A stretch of DNA of 64,000 bases from Zygnema circumcarinatum SAG 698-1b (Eukaryota > Plantae > Zygnematophyceae): positions 1,674,001 to 1,738,000 of the forward strand of contig CM074815.1 of the NCBI GenBank assembly GCA_037447605.1, written 5' to 3'. Every line of letters begins with the position of its first letter. Within the stretch, counting starts at the first letter, position 1. Of this stretch, positions 24,481 through 34,900 are shown piece after piece. Both the position numbers and the translations under genes were made by a program. Under the pieces are notes generated by a model. It did not search any database. It was given only the letters and a program-made list of their open reading frames with translations, and had not been told where the DNA came from.

Positions 24481-26253
24481 CTATACACTGATCCCTGCCA
24501 ATGGTGCCGGTGTCGGAGCAGGCTGCGACTCGTTTCCAAAAGCTGACATGTCCGGAAACCTAACCGAAGCTGCTCCTCCCCCTTCTACTGGTGCAGCTGA
24601 GCCCGCGGGATTGTAGTCAGCCCACCTACTCTTGAACCCTGTTTGGCCAGGTTGCGCCTGTTCTCCCTCCCCTTTCCATTCCGCAAAGTCTACCCCGCCT
24701 CTCGGACTCAAAAGGTCTGCTTCCTCGTCTGCAAGCTCATCATAATTCGTAATGCGAGGGTCTAAGCCCGCCATCTCCGCAGCTCTCTCATGTGAACTTC
24801 CAGAAGCTATGGCTTTCTTGTACACATCCATGGATCGTCTCCGCGAACTCACTTGGGGGTTTTCACGCACGTAGAGATCTCCTTCCTGCGGAATCCTTTC
24901 ATCTGCATCCGAGTCTTCATCATCGTCATCCATCTGCGCGAAGTCGATCAGCTGCCCTCCTCCCCACGCAATAGCCCTTGCTTCCTGCTTTGAAGTAGTC
25001 ACAGCTCGGGGCGCTTCCTCCCCTCTTTCAGCAGGACTGGGCTGGAACAAAGGAGACTGTCCAGGGGATCCCCCTCCATCCTTCCCTGCGACAACGGAAG
25101 CCCATGCTGCAGCACCCATGGCTGCCTCTGCGGCTGCTGCCGTGACAGGAGCGGAATGAGTGCGCCTCACAGCTGCAAGCACTGCTTCGTCCGGCTTCTT
25201 CTCTATCTCCAGACTTAGTCTCCGGCTCTTCCTCCTCTTTGCCCGGAACTGGTTCGGCGACCCCTCTGAGGTTTCCTTCAGCAGAGATTCTGCCGCAGCG
25301 ACAGAGGAGGGCGTATCATGCTCGTCATCATCAGCGTGCTCGAAGGCATCAGTCTGAGCGAAGTCGATGACTGTCGCAGAATGTATGGCTGGGGAAGTGA
25401 CAGCCGACTCTCCGCCGCCTTTCCCAATAGAAGAGGAAGGGGATGAGCCCGAATATCGTGGCAAGGGGGGACTTCCCGTGCCCTCCTCAGCCAGCAGCCG
25501 CTGCCTCTCCATGTCTTCCAAAACTACTCTCCGCGCATGGTCGCCCTGTATGGGAGCAGACGACGAGCGTCTCAGCGCTGCAAGTAGAACAAGATCTGGC
25601 GCCTTCTCCACTTCCAAGCTCAGCCTCCTCCCTCGCCTCCGTGCCCTCCAAGGGCCAGGCACCTCCTCCTCGGCTTCATCATCACTTCCCTCCCCAGCTG
25701 CAGCCCCCCTTCCTAGCCGGGACTTCCCTGCTACTGCAGCTCCCTCCACCATAGCCTGCACATTACCTTCTTTCCCGTCAGTACCTTTCGCTGCAGAGCT
25801 CATCACCACAGTCTCCGACATCAGGTCTGCGTCTGCTTCTGCATCCCACGCTGCCTGCTCTGCAGCAGAAGGAGAGTCTCCCCATGCTGAAGGAGAGTCT
25901 GCCTTGGAGCTAGGTTTCTTCTGCACTTCCAGACTCAGCCTTCTGCTCACGCGCCTCCTCACTCTCCATCCTCCGCTCTCGTCGTCATCATCGTCATCAT
26001 CATCATCCGCTTCAGGGGGGCGAGTCGCTGCCTTCGCTGGTTCTCGGCCCGCCTGCACAATCTCCACGGGTTTCGGCTTCGTGATCATCGTCGTCAGATC
26101 GTGCTTCTCCTCCGGCCGTGCAGCCGCATCCGGCTTTGAAGCTTCTACTACCGCCATGGCCTGCGGAGGAGGGGCGCGCACAGGAGCAGCTGCGGGCCTC
26201 CTTGCAGGAGGAGGATCATCTTTCACTGCAGGCGCCGAGCCACAATTCCCCAT
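24481..26253 (-). CDS. Uncharacterised intronless, N-myristoylated, disordered protein with three RRLSLE repeats (590 aa)
   Basis: 1773-nt ORF with ATG context GCC ATG G; N-terminus MGNCGS; RRLSLE at 25944-25927, 25629-25612, 25224-25207; acidic tracts; no family recognised. Confidence 0.85.
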   Translation of the reverse strand: MGNCGSAPAVKDDPPPARRPAAAPVRAPPPQAMAVVEASKPDAAARPEEKHDLTTMITKPKPVEIVQAGREPAKAATRPPEADDDDDDDDDESGGWRVRRRVSRRLSLEVQKKPSSKADSPSAWGDSPSAAEQAAWDAEADADLMSETVVMSSAAKGTDGKEGNVQAMVEGAAVAGKSRLGRGAAAGEGSDDEAEEEVPGPWRARRRGRRLSLEVEKAPDLVLLAALRRSSSAPIQGDHARRVVLEDMERQRLLAEEGTGSPPLPRYSGSSPSSSIGKGGGESAVTSPAIHSATVIDFAQTDAFEHADDDEHDTPSSVAAAESLLKETSEGSPNQFRAKRRKSRRLSLEIEKKPDEAVLAAVRRTHSAPVTAAAAEAAMGAAAWASVVAGKDGGGSPGQSPLFQPSPAERGEEAPRAVTTSKQEARAIAWGGGQLIDFAQMDDDDEDSDADERIPQEGDLYVRENPQVSSRRRSMDVYKKAIASGSSHERAAEMAGLDPRITNYDELADEEADLLSPRGGVDFAEWKGEGEQAQPGQTGFKSRWADYNPAGSAAPVEGGGAASVRFPDMSAFGNESQPAPTPAPLAGISV

Positions 26254-26652
26254 GGCTTTGAAACCGCGCGCAAAGGCGAGGACAGAACTCCCTCAACAAG
26301 AAAACCAATCTGTAAGATTATCCGCTTCCCTGCCTACAGACGACAGCGATCTGCAATAGCTCTACTCTACCAAGCACTCCCGCATACATCTGCTGCTGCA
26401 GCCGCAGAGTTAGGTCTGTTCTTAGCAGGCTCCTGTTCAACACTCCCCTATCCCTTTCCCTCTGTCTCCCCCTATCCCTCCCTCCTCTCTCCCTCTCCCT
26501 CTCCCTCTCTCCGCCCCTCTTTCCCCATCGCCCTATCTCCGACGGAACGCCGAGGGAGAGAGATATCGGCCGTCCTGAAGGCGGTCGGTCCTGCGGGAGG
26601 GCAGAGCCGGGCGGGCCGACGGACGGACGCGGGGGAGGCGGATCCGGGGGCG

Positions 26653-26930
26653 GTACCCGGAAAATTCGGGTTTGGGGGGCGACGGGGAGGGGGGGGGGAG
26701 GGGGGTCGGGTTCGAACTCCCAAAAAAAATTGCGCATACGGTACAAAATCCGGAATTTTGCCCGTTGAAAAATATCGCCCTTGCGAAAATCGGTCCCTCT
26801 TTATGGAAGGCGCCCAATATTCGATCGATCCCAAACCGGGCCGAAGGAAAATTTTGGGGCGGGCAGCCTGGCACCATGACGTCAACTCGTACGGCCTGCA
26901 CCCGTCCGCCACGTGCGGAGCCGTACGGAC
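26653..26930. promoter_or_regulatory. Divergent promoter island (orphan / fructosamine kinase) with GTAC sites, G-box and G-tract
   Basis: GTAC at 26653, 26741, 26889, 26923 (CCGTACGGAC 26921); CACGTG near 26910; G-runs 26674-26710. Confidence 0.5.
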
Positions 26931-27151
26931 AGACGGGAGCGGCTCCGCGCCTTGAAGGGCGCCATGTGCCAGCCAGAGGGCGCGCCGCCCGGCATCAATC
27001 CGCTCGTGCGGGGGAAGGGCCCAACGGATTTTGAAACTGGGACGGAACGGGGTTTTTGACACGTGTGAGGAACGGAGACGGAACTCTCGTGCATGTGGCG
27101 GGGAAGTGGGAGGCGGAAGGATGGGTGGGAGGGCAGCAGGAGCAAGCAGCC

Positions 27152-30100
27152 ATGGCGGCCCTCTGCGCGGGTGGTGTCTGTGCTGCTCCGCGAGCGGAGG
27201 CGGCATGGTTGGGGAGTGGGCAGAAGCTGCGTGGAGCTCCGCCAATCGATGGTCGGTGGCGACTGCGGAGGCGACAGCGCTGCGCTGTGGCGTCGTCTGG
27301 TGAGTCGATGATGCCTGCAGGTGTGATGTAGCAAGTGATCGGGGTGGTGATGCAGCTGATAATGCAAGATTTTTAGCTATCGACATGGTTAGTGATGTGC
27401 TATGTGAGCGCGGAATGACGTATAAATTGCTGCAAATAAGTCAGCTACTAATGCTGCTGGCAATGCAGCGACGGTGGTGGTTGCAGCTAGTGCTAGAAGC
27501 ACTGCATCAAGTGCTGGAGTCAGTGAGTAGTCAGTGACGCATTCAATGAGAAGCAAGTGATGATTGATACAGTCAGCATGTAGCAAGTGATGAAGAATTG
27601 CTGCAGCAAGCATTGGTTCCAATGGTGTAACGAGTGATACAGCTCGTAGTGCGTATTATGTGGCTAGCAGGGAGCTGGTGACTGCAGCTAGTGATCTAGC
27701 AGGTGATACAGTTACTTTTGGAGCTAGTGAATGGCATGCAGCTAGCAGCTAAAGCTGTCACCAGCAATGCAGTTAGTGATGCAGCAAGAATCGCACGAGG
27801 GATGCGACGACGCACCAAGAAATGCATGCCATGCAAACAATTCAGTGAGGGATTTCGATTCTGTCGCAGTCCATCAGCACCTCAGGAAACGGTTGAGTAA
27901 TGAGCAGAGTGTTGCAAAGTTGCAGAAAGTGTTGCAACTTCAAAAATTGTGAGGATAGGTGTCCTCACTCAAGGAGCACTGTCTCGTTTGAAAGGACGAC
28001 CTGGCCAAACTCACGAAGCTAGTAGTCTGGTGGTTCTGAATTGAACTGTGGGGCACCGAACTGTGGACCTTATGCAGCACCCGCCATGGGAACGGACCCG
28101 ATTCGAGAGTGGATGCTGACTGAAGGTGGAGCGACAAAAGTGTCGCGCATAAGTCCAGTGGGAGGAGGATGCATCAACGTGGCAAATCGCTATGACACTG
28201 ACGCAGGCTCTTTCTTTGTAAAAACAAACAGGTATGCATTCTCTTTCTGTTTAGCTTGGAGCAGTCCAATAGTGAATGATATCTTCTATGTGCATCCGTA
28301 AGCAAGCTCGCAGGATGCTGGTTGTATGCATCGCCTCTGAACATCAAATCTTTCTGAAGCTGCTCTTCCTCAGATTTCCTGCAAATACTATTCAAATGAT
28401 TTTGAACTCAATAGAAGACTGACTGTTCTGCTAGGCTTTCTCATCCTGCAGTCAGAAAAGTCAGAGTGCTCGAATGTTCCTTTAAGTAAATGCTTTCCTT
28501 GCAAAAAAGCTGCTTCCTCTTCAGTTACCAAACTCCTCTTGTGGCTTAGTTCTCTTGCAGAGATGTTGGGCCGGCTATGTTTGAGGCAGAAGCACGCGGA
28601 TTGGAGGCAATGCACAACACACATACTGTGCGAGTACCCCGTCCTTTCAAGGTTGGTAAAGAACTGTGACATCAAAAGAAAAATTTGATATCATTGTAGA
28701 ACAAATTTATGGAAACGGATAAAGATTATAAACGAATGCTTATAGAAAGTAATCTTTATTAAAAGCTTCATCTTTGAAACCTTTCTGCTGATGTGGATAC
28801 GGGTGAATCTTGTAAGCTTGGCAGTGCTTTCAGTGTCTGAATCGTCCGATACCTCCCTCTGGAAAACGAATAAGCTAGATTTGATTCGCCTTGAAATATT
28901 CATGATGTTTTCGAACTTGATCTTGTCCCTTAGAAGCATTAACAACTGGAAATTCAAGCAATGTACCACCTTGTTTTGTGAAAATTTTACCATCAAGTGG
29001 AGATCTGAATATCCTCGTCTATGCAGATCGGCGCGCTTCCAGGGAGAGGGTCGTTCATCATCATGGAGTACATTGAGTTCGGTAGTCTTAAAGGAGGCCA
29101 GGTGGACCTCACTTCACCCGCCTATATCCTCTTCATTAATTCACATAAAACCGAAATGAATTGCCATGGAAGTCCTAGTGAGACAGGAATGTACATGGCG
29201 AGAAAGGAAAACCTCAAACCTCTTTTAGTTTCATCATGGCCATCAGGTCCTTGGAACAAGCATTCTCGATTGCTGTATTCTTCATCTTGTCAGTATTCGC
29301 AGTTTTCCTCTCATTCTGAATTCTTGATGAGGCAAATGCTATCCATATTGAAAATCTCCCAAGACACCCTAAAGAGCTAGCCATCGCTTTCTATGCCCTT
29401 AACTGTGATTGATCTGCTGCCTATTGACCTGCCAATGGAGGATTTCTTTATGGTGTGCAGTTGAGCTGAGAGAATTCTGTCACTATCTGACCTCAAATCT
29501 ATCAATTCATGTCTTCATCATCCCCATCATCCTCATCATGCTGCCAGCTGGCATGTCTGGGCAGGCAGTGTTGGGCCGGAGACTGGCGGAGATGCATCTC
29601 GCAGGAGAGAGCAGCAAAGGGTTCGGTTTTGACCTTAACAATACAATTGGAAGGTACTCATTCAGACCTCACACGAACTTTCCTTTCGTCCTTTCCCACT
29701 TCAAAACATCTCCTTGCCTTCACAGCACAGCATGGCCTGCCATAATCTGACAAGTCAAAACAGCATTTAACTAAAGCACTTTTTTCTTTGTCGACAACCT
29801 TGTTTTGACTATTTTATATAGTGGAGCCATGGCAGCATGTGGAATTCAGGGGAATCATTTTTCTGTTCTTTTCCTTTATCTTTACTATGGAGGAGTTTTG
29901 TGTTGATTTTTGCAGCACCCCACAGAAAAACCCTTGGACTGAGGACTGGGTGACATTCTTCAGAGATCACCGCTTGGGTTATCAGTTTGAGCTTGCTCAA
30001 CAGCAGTACCTTGACAACGCTTTGTATGAGAAAGGTGAGGTTCCAAGGAAGGCCACCCCTTCTGGAATATGTGCACCCATGCACTTTTTTTCGTAAAGTA

Positions 30101-31138
30101 TGAGACTCACGTGTTATTGCTTCAAAGTGGAGGCTTTGATAGTGCCTAACAGAGACCCTCCTTTGCTTTGTGAATTGCACCAAGCTAGAAAATGTATGGA
30201 AAATACAGAGTGTTTAGAGCTCCGACCTTCCCTCCGTTGGACCTTTCGCTCCTCTTCAGCATTTTTGCAGTTCGAAGCTTAACCCTGAAAAACCGGAGAA
30301 CTGACATGGAGGCGTTATGGGGCAGGGCAGCGTCTAATGGCTCGCCTTGATGAGCTGCTTGGGGGCCTTGAAGTGAGGCCGTGCCTACTGCATGGCGATT
30401 TGTGGAGTGGAAATATAACAGCAGATAAGGAGGGAGCCCCCGTCATCCTCGATCCTGCAACCTACTGTGAGTGATGAACTTCTCAAGTGGTGTCAAGGAA
30501 TCACAGAAATCCGATTGCCCTTCTCTAAGAATCAGAGGGCAGTAGGGACTGGTCATTGTTTCTATTTCTATCGTATATCTTATCATTTCTTATCAGAAAG
30601 GCTATGGTCGTGGGTCACTAGAGCAAAATTTACGGGAATCTCTTTAAAAATTGGCTTCAGCTGAGTGCTTTTTAGGCAATGTTTGCATGTGGGTGTGCTG
30701 CAGATGGGCACCACGAGGCGGAGTTTGGCATGTCATGGTGTGCAGGGTTTGGCCCCTCCTTCTACAACGCCTACTTTGAGGTAGGATCTTGATATTCATA
30801 TCCCGATTATCACTTGGGGGCCGAACTGAACGTTTACTGCATAGTTCCTAATGATGATTCTTTGGTTTGTCGACCAAATAATTCAACTTCTAATTTCACG
30901 CTTCAATTTTGACATGTCATGTTTGGGACTTTATTTTATGTCACTGTATAATTAATAGCATACACATGTGTATAGCTAATAATGTCTGAATGTACACGCG
31001 ATGCAGGTGATTCCCAAGAAGGCGGGTTTTGAGGAGAGAGCGGAGCTGTACAAGCTGTACCACTACTTGAACCACTACAATCTCTTTGGGTCGGGTTACC
31101 GCTCCTCCTGCACCTCCATCATAGACCGCTTCATCTGA
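27152..31138 (+). CDS. FN3K: Fructosamine kinase family / protein-ribulosamine 3-kinase, plastid-targeted (about 341 aa, 9 exons)
   Basis: Exons 27152-27299, 28078-28231, 28561-28651, 29027-29101, 29565-29653, 29916-30034, 30326-30466, 30704-30780, 31007-31138. Motifs VGGGCIN, FFVKTNR, MFEAEARGL, LLHGDLWSGN, DPATYYGHHEAEFGMSW, LYKLYHYLNHYNLFG. Confidence 0.95.
27310..27790. repeat. Degenerate GCAGCTAGTGAT-like repeat in intron 1 of the fructosamine kinase gene
   Basis: Recurrent gcagctagtg, gcaagtgat, agtgatgcagc and agtgatacag variants. Confidence 0.5.
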
Positions 31139-31976
31139 CTCTGCCAATTTTTAGGCTTTCAGAGTTTCTGAGGTTTTAGGTCTTTGAAAGAGCTTGCAGG
31201 ATCCAGAACTTTTTGAGTTCTTTTTTTAGGGTCTTGAACCTTTCAACAGTACTATCCGCCATTCGATTTTTGTGTTATGGGTTCTTGAAAGTGCGTAGCC
31301 ATATCGGTATGCAGTTATGATGTACACGCGAGAATCACAGTTTTCCAACCTTCCGTAAGGCAGATGTGAATTGATGAGTTGGAAAATGTCAAAAAATGTA
31401 CTTAGCTTTGTCATAAATGTACTGGAGCCATCGATCGAGTTGCTTCAGAAAGTCAAATTACTGATTTTCAATGTGGATGTGGATTCTGTTCACTAGTTGA
31501 ATTCTGTTCACGAAGCCTTTCCAACCACACAGTTGTAACACAAAACATTTACAACAAGACAAGAAGTAATGCCGCCCTTCCTGACATACAAAAAACGATT
31601 GTTGTCCTTTTGGCATTAACAAAACAATCCCTGGACATCTCTGCAGTAAAAAGCCACAACAGTCTAAACCACAATACAGCCCTTCTCCCACCTAATCTCT
31701 CTCCCCTCTCCTGATCAAAGATAAAATGTTTCGACCACCATCGTCTGAACTAAGCCAGCATCACAAAAACAAGTTTTCATCAATCCAGAGCAAAGGACGA
31801 CCTCTCACCCTCAGCAGCAGCAACAACTGGTTAACAGGAGTCTAGTCACGGTCAAGACCGGCACCGAACTTCTAGTGTACGCAGCCTCTTCGCTGCAGAC
31901 AACCACCCACCCGTCCAACCATCCCAACTTCACTCCCGCTGTCTCGCACCTTCCGCAGCCGCGTCATTGAAAACCA

Positions 31977-34900
31977 TTAGCTCTCCGGGAACTTCGTCTT
32001 GTATGCCTCGGGCGTCTGATAGGCACGACAGATCAAGCCAACCAAAGAGAAGTCTTAGAAACGGCAGAAACATATTGATTGCGTCCCGCTCCAATGCACC
32101 AGGGACTCACCTGCTCACTCACTTCCTCTCTCCCTCCCTCTTCCCTCCTTCCCCCTGTCTCCCTCACCCTGTCTGCACTCTTCTCCTTCCATGCTTATGG
32201 ACAGCAGGCTTGCAAGTGTACAGGAGGGAATTATGACGACCTGATCCCTCCACATGCTGAGGAAAGGAGGGGCAGGCAACAAACCATGTAGGTGGCACTG
32301 ATGGTTTTTCCCGCAAACCAGCGTCCATGCAGCGCCCGCTGAGCTGTCTGAGCTGATGTAACGGTGTCAAACTTCACATACACATGGCCCGCGCTCTTCC
32401 TGCATCACCAAAACAGCAGCCATAGAGGAAGAATTAGGTTCAGCAACAGGGTGCTTGCAGGAGTTCTCAGTTAACACAACTCCGGGTCAGGTCACAGGAA
32501 CAATCGATGACCTGTTCTCCAAAAGTGTTGAACTTACGGAGCCCCACAAAGACGTCGCTTAAGGTTTGATCTACAGGCTAAATCGAAGCAGTGTGATCCC
32601 CCGTACTAGAAGCCACCGAATTTCAGACATCTATAGGCTAAGTGCATTGAAGGCGTGCGATTGCCTTTCTGTGCCTTTCTGTTCTCAGAAGGCGAAACAC
32701 GCGGAGAAGTGAGGACAATCAGCTCATACCCCACATCTCACCTTCTGACCGCCTCTCAATTGCTCTAAACACATGCATACCCGAAAGTGAAAGGCCTCCA
32801 CTTCTCCAGCAAAGCAGAGAATAATCCTGCATTTGTGTCTGACAAAAACCTGCAATCAAAGCCCTACAAGCAGCATTCTGAACAGACAAGGTCTCATCCC
32901 CCAAAGCCGCTACATGCCACCGAGCCCAACCCAGCCTTGGCTGGCCCGAGTTGAGGCAAAGTTGCAGGGGCGAATTCCTGCTGGCGAGGCCGGCTTGCAT
33001 TTGTTCGTCAGCTAAACACCCAGGTCCTGAAATAACCCAATCATGACTTGCCATCAGCGCAAACCTCCGAGTGGGCAGTCAGGGGTCTCATCCCTGTCAG
33101 ACTCTCATTCTCGCCGAGAATGTTTGATCACTAATCGGACTCATTTCCGAGTCTACGAAGGTAAGGTGCGACAATTAAGCCACCTACATAGAGGCCACTG
33201 TAGATTTTACACCAAAAGGGTGATTGCCAAGCTTCACTACACTGGATAATGCTTCTGTGTTGTGTAGTGCATCTAGGCCACCAGTAGGTGCGATCCCAAG
33301 TCAGTTCCTTCAGAAAAGGGAAAAGGGTCTTCAGGGTGAGACCCCTGAAGCAGGGACTAATTGATTTTATCGAACAGCGTGGACCCAGTTTACAGACTAT
33401 ATGACAACCTTCACACGAACCACCTCCATCTCCCCATTCTCTGCCAAACGGCAGAGGCAAGCCAACGTACCCATCCACGAATATGTGTTTCACCGCTCCA
33501 AACTTGCTGCACTCGTCTTGCACATCTTCCTTAATGTCGAGCTCAAAGTCAGGTCCTTTCTGCAAACGATAAACGAAAAGTCCAGCCCTTCAAACATTGT
33601 TAGAACATACAAGCCATAATAAAGCGATTTGAGAACATGTATCTAGACGACCTCACAAATCCGCCAAGTATTACATCAAAATCAGCATTTAATTCTCACT
33701 GAGGCTGGTATCCCCAGCAAAGGAGAAAACGTCAGGACTCAGAACGACGCAGGCAGGCAAACCCCGCCTTGTACAGAAACTTCCATCAGACACTCATCGA
33801 TTGGCCATTGATGCTCACCTCTGATTCCTCATCGAACATGTTCTTCAGCAACAAACACTCGCTAGGAGTGCCCACCACTTCCCCGGGCACCAATCCAACT
33901 GCACCCGGAGATGTGCCTGCCATTCCCCCCGGCATCCCCATCCCCGGAAGCCCCAACATGGGGAGTCCGGGAATACCTGGGAATGTCGGCATGCCTGGTC
34001 GCAGCATGTTTGACAGACCCTGAAGGCCGGCAAGGCCGGGCATTAACATGCCAAGGTTCGGGGTGGGAAGGCCGGTAGGATTCATAGATGCAGAGACTGT
34101 TGAGCTCGCTCCAACACTGCAGAAACCACCAGGGATTGGCTCAGCTATAGGGGAAAGAGTCTCTGAAAGAGTCTTTGAATCTGATACGTCTCCCTGTTGC
34201 AAATGGATCACCAATAACAACTTCCAATGAAGGGACTTGGGGGGTATTCTAAGGTCCTCGACATGGAAAACAATAGGGAGGTCTCAATTCTTGCGGCCTG
34301 AAAGTAAAGGTCATTATGGAGGCAAACCTGCTTGTCCCGCTGCGATCCAGCTTCTGCATGAGCTCTGCTCGTGATCGCGCATTTAGTGACTGCAGAAGCA
34401 ACAAAGGAGGTTGGTTAGATGGCAGACCAGGCTTATGGAATTATGGGACAACTGAAACGTAGATTCGCGGCAACGGGACAAGAAAGCTTTAAGTGCATGG
34501 GACTTACTAAACCGCCACCTTCATCATCATCCAGCTCCCCCGGATTCACTGGAGGTCCCATGTCTGGTAAGATCATTTGTTCTGAGACTGCTGACACCTG
34601 CATTCAAACAGAAAGTCGGTACACACTTTTAACAACAAAGAAAACACCAACAGCTTCCAAGATCCGCTTCAAAGCATGCAATATCACAATGTCTACCACT
34701 TTGTCAGCATCTGAAAATAGGTCAAGCATAATGACTATTCAACTGTGCCAAATTGCAGTAAATCGACATACGGCGTCCATTCGACTACAGTTCTAATCAC
34801 AACAGAGTTCGTTTCACTTATCCAACGTGAGCAGAAATACACTGCTGAGACTTTTGCCACCTAGAAATCTTCACCTAATTAACACCTAGAAATCTTCACC

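Noticed and set aside
25367-26359. 330-aa antisense ORF (also 36873-37692, 4419-5036, 9976-10410)
   Set aside because: Shadow frames of GC-rich or low-complexity real exons.
26708-26721. tRNA/SINE B-box (GGGTTCGAACTCCC; also TTCGAATCCC near 16812)
   Set aside because: Imperfect B-box with no A-box or cloverleaf around it.
33131-33470. 113-codon read-through of RBM39 exon 11 into the intron as an alternative C-terminus
   Set aside because: Composition is intron-like with no motif; an open frame of this length can arise by chance.
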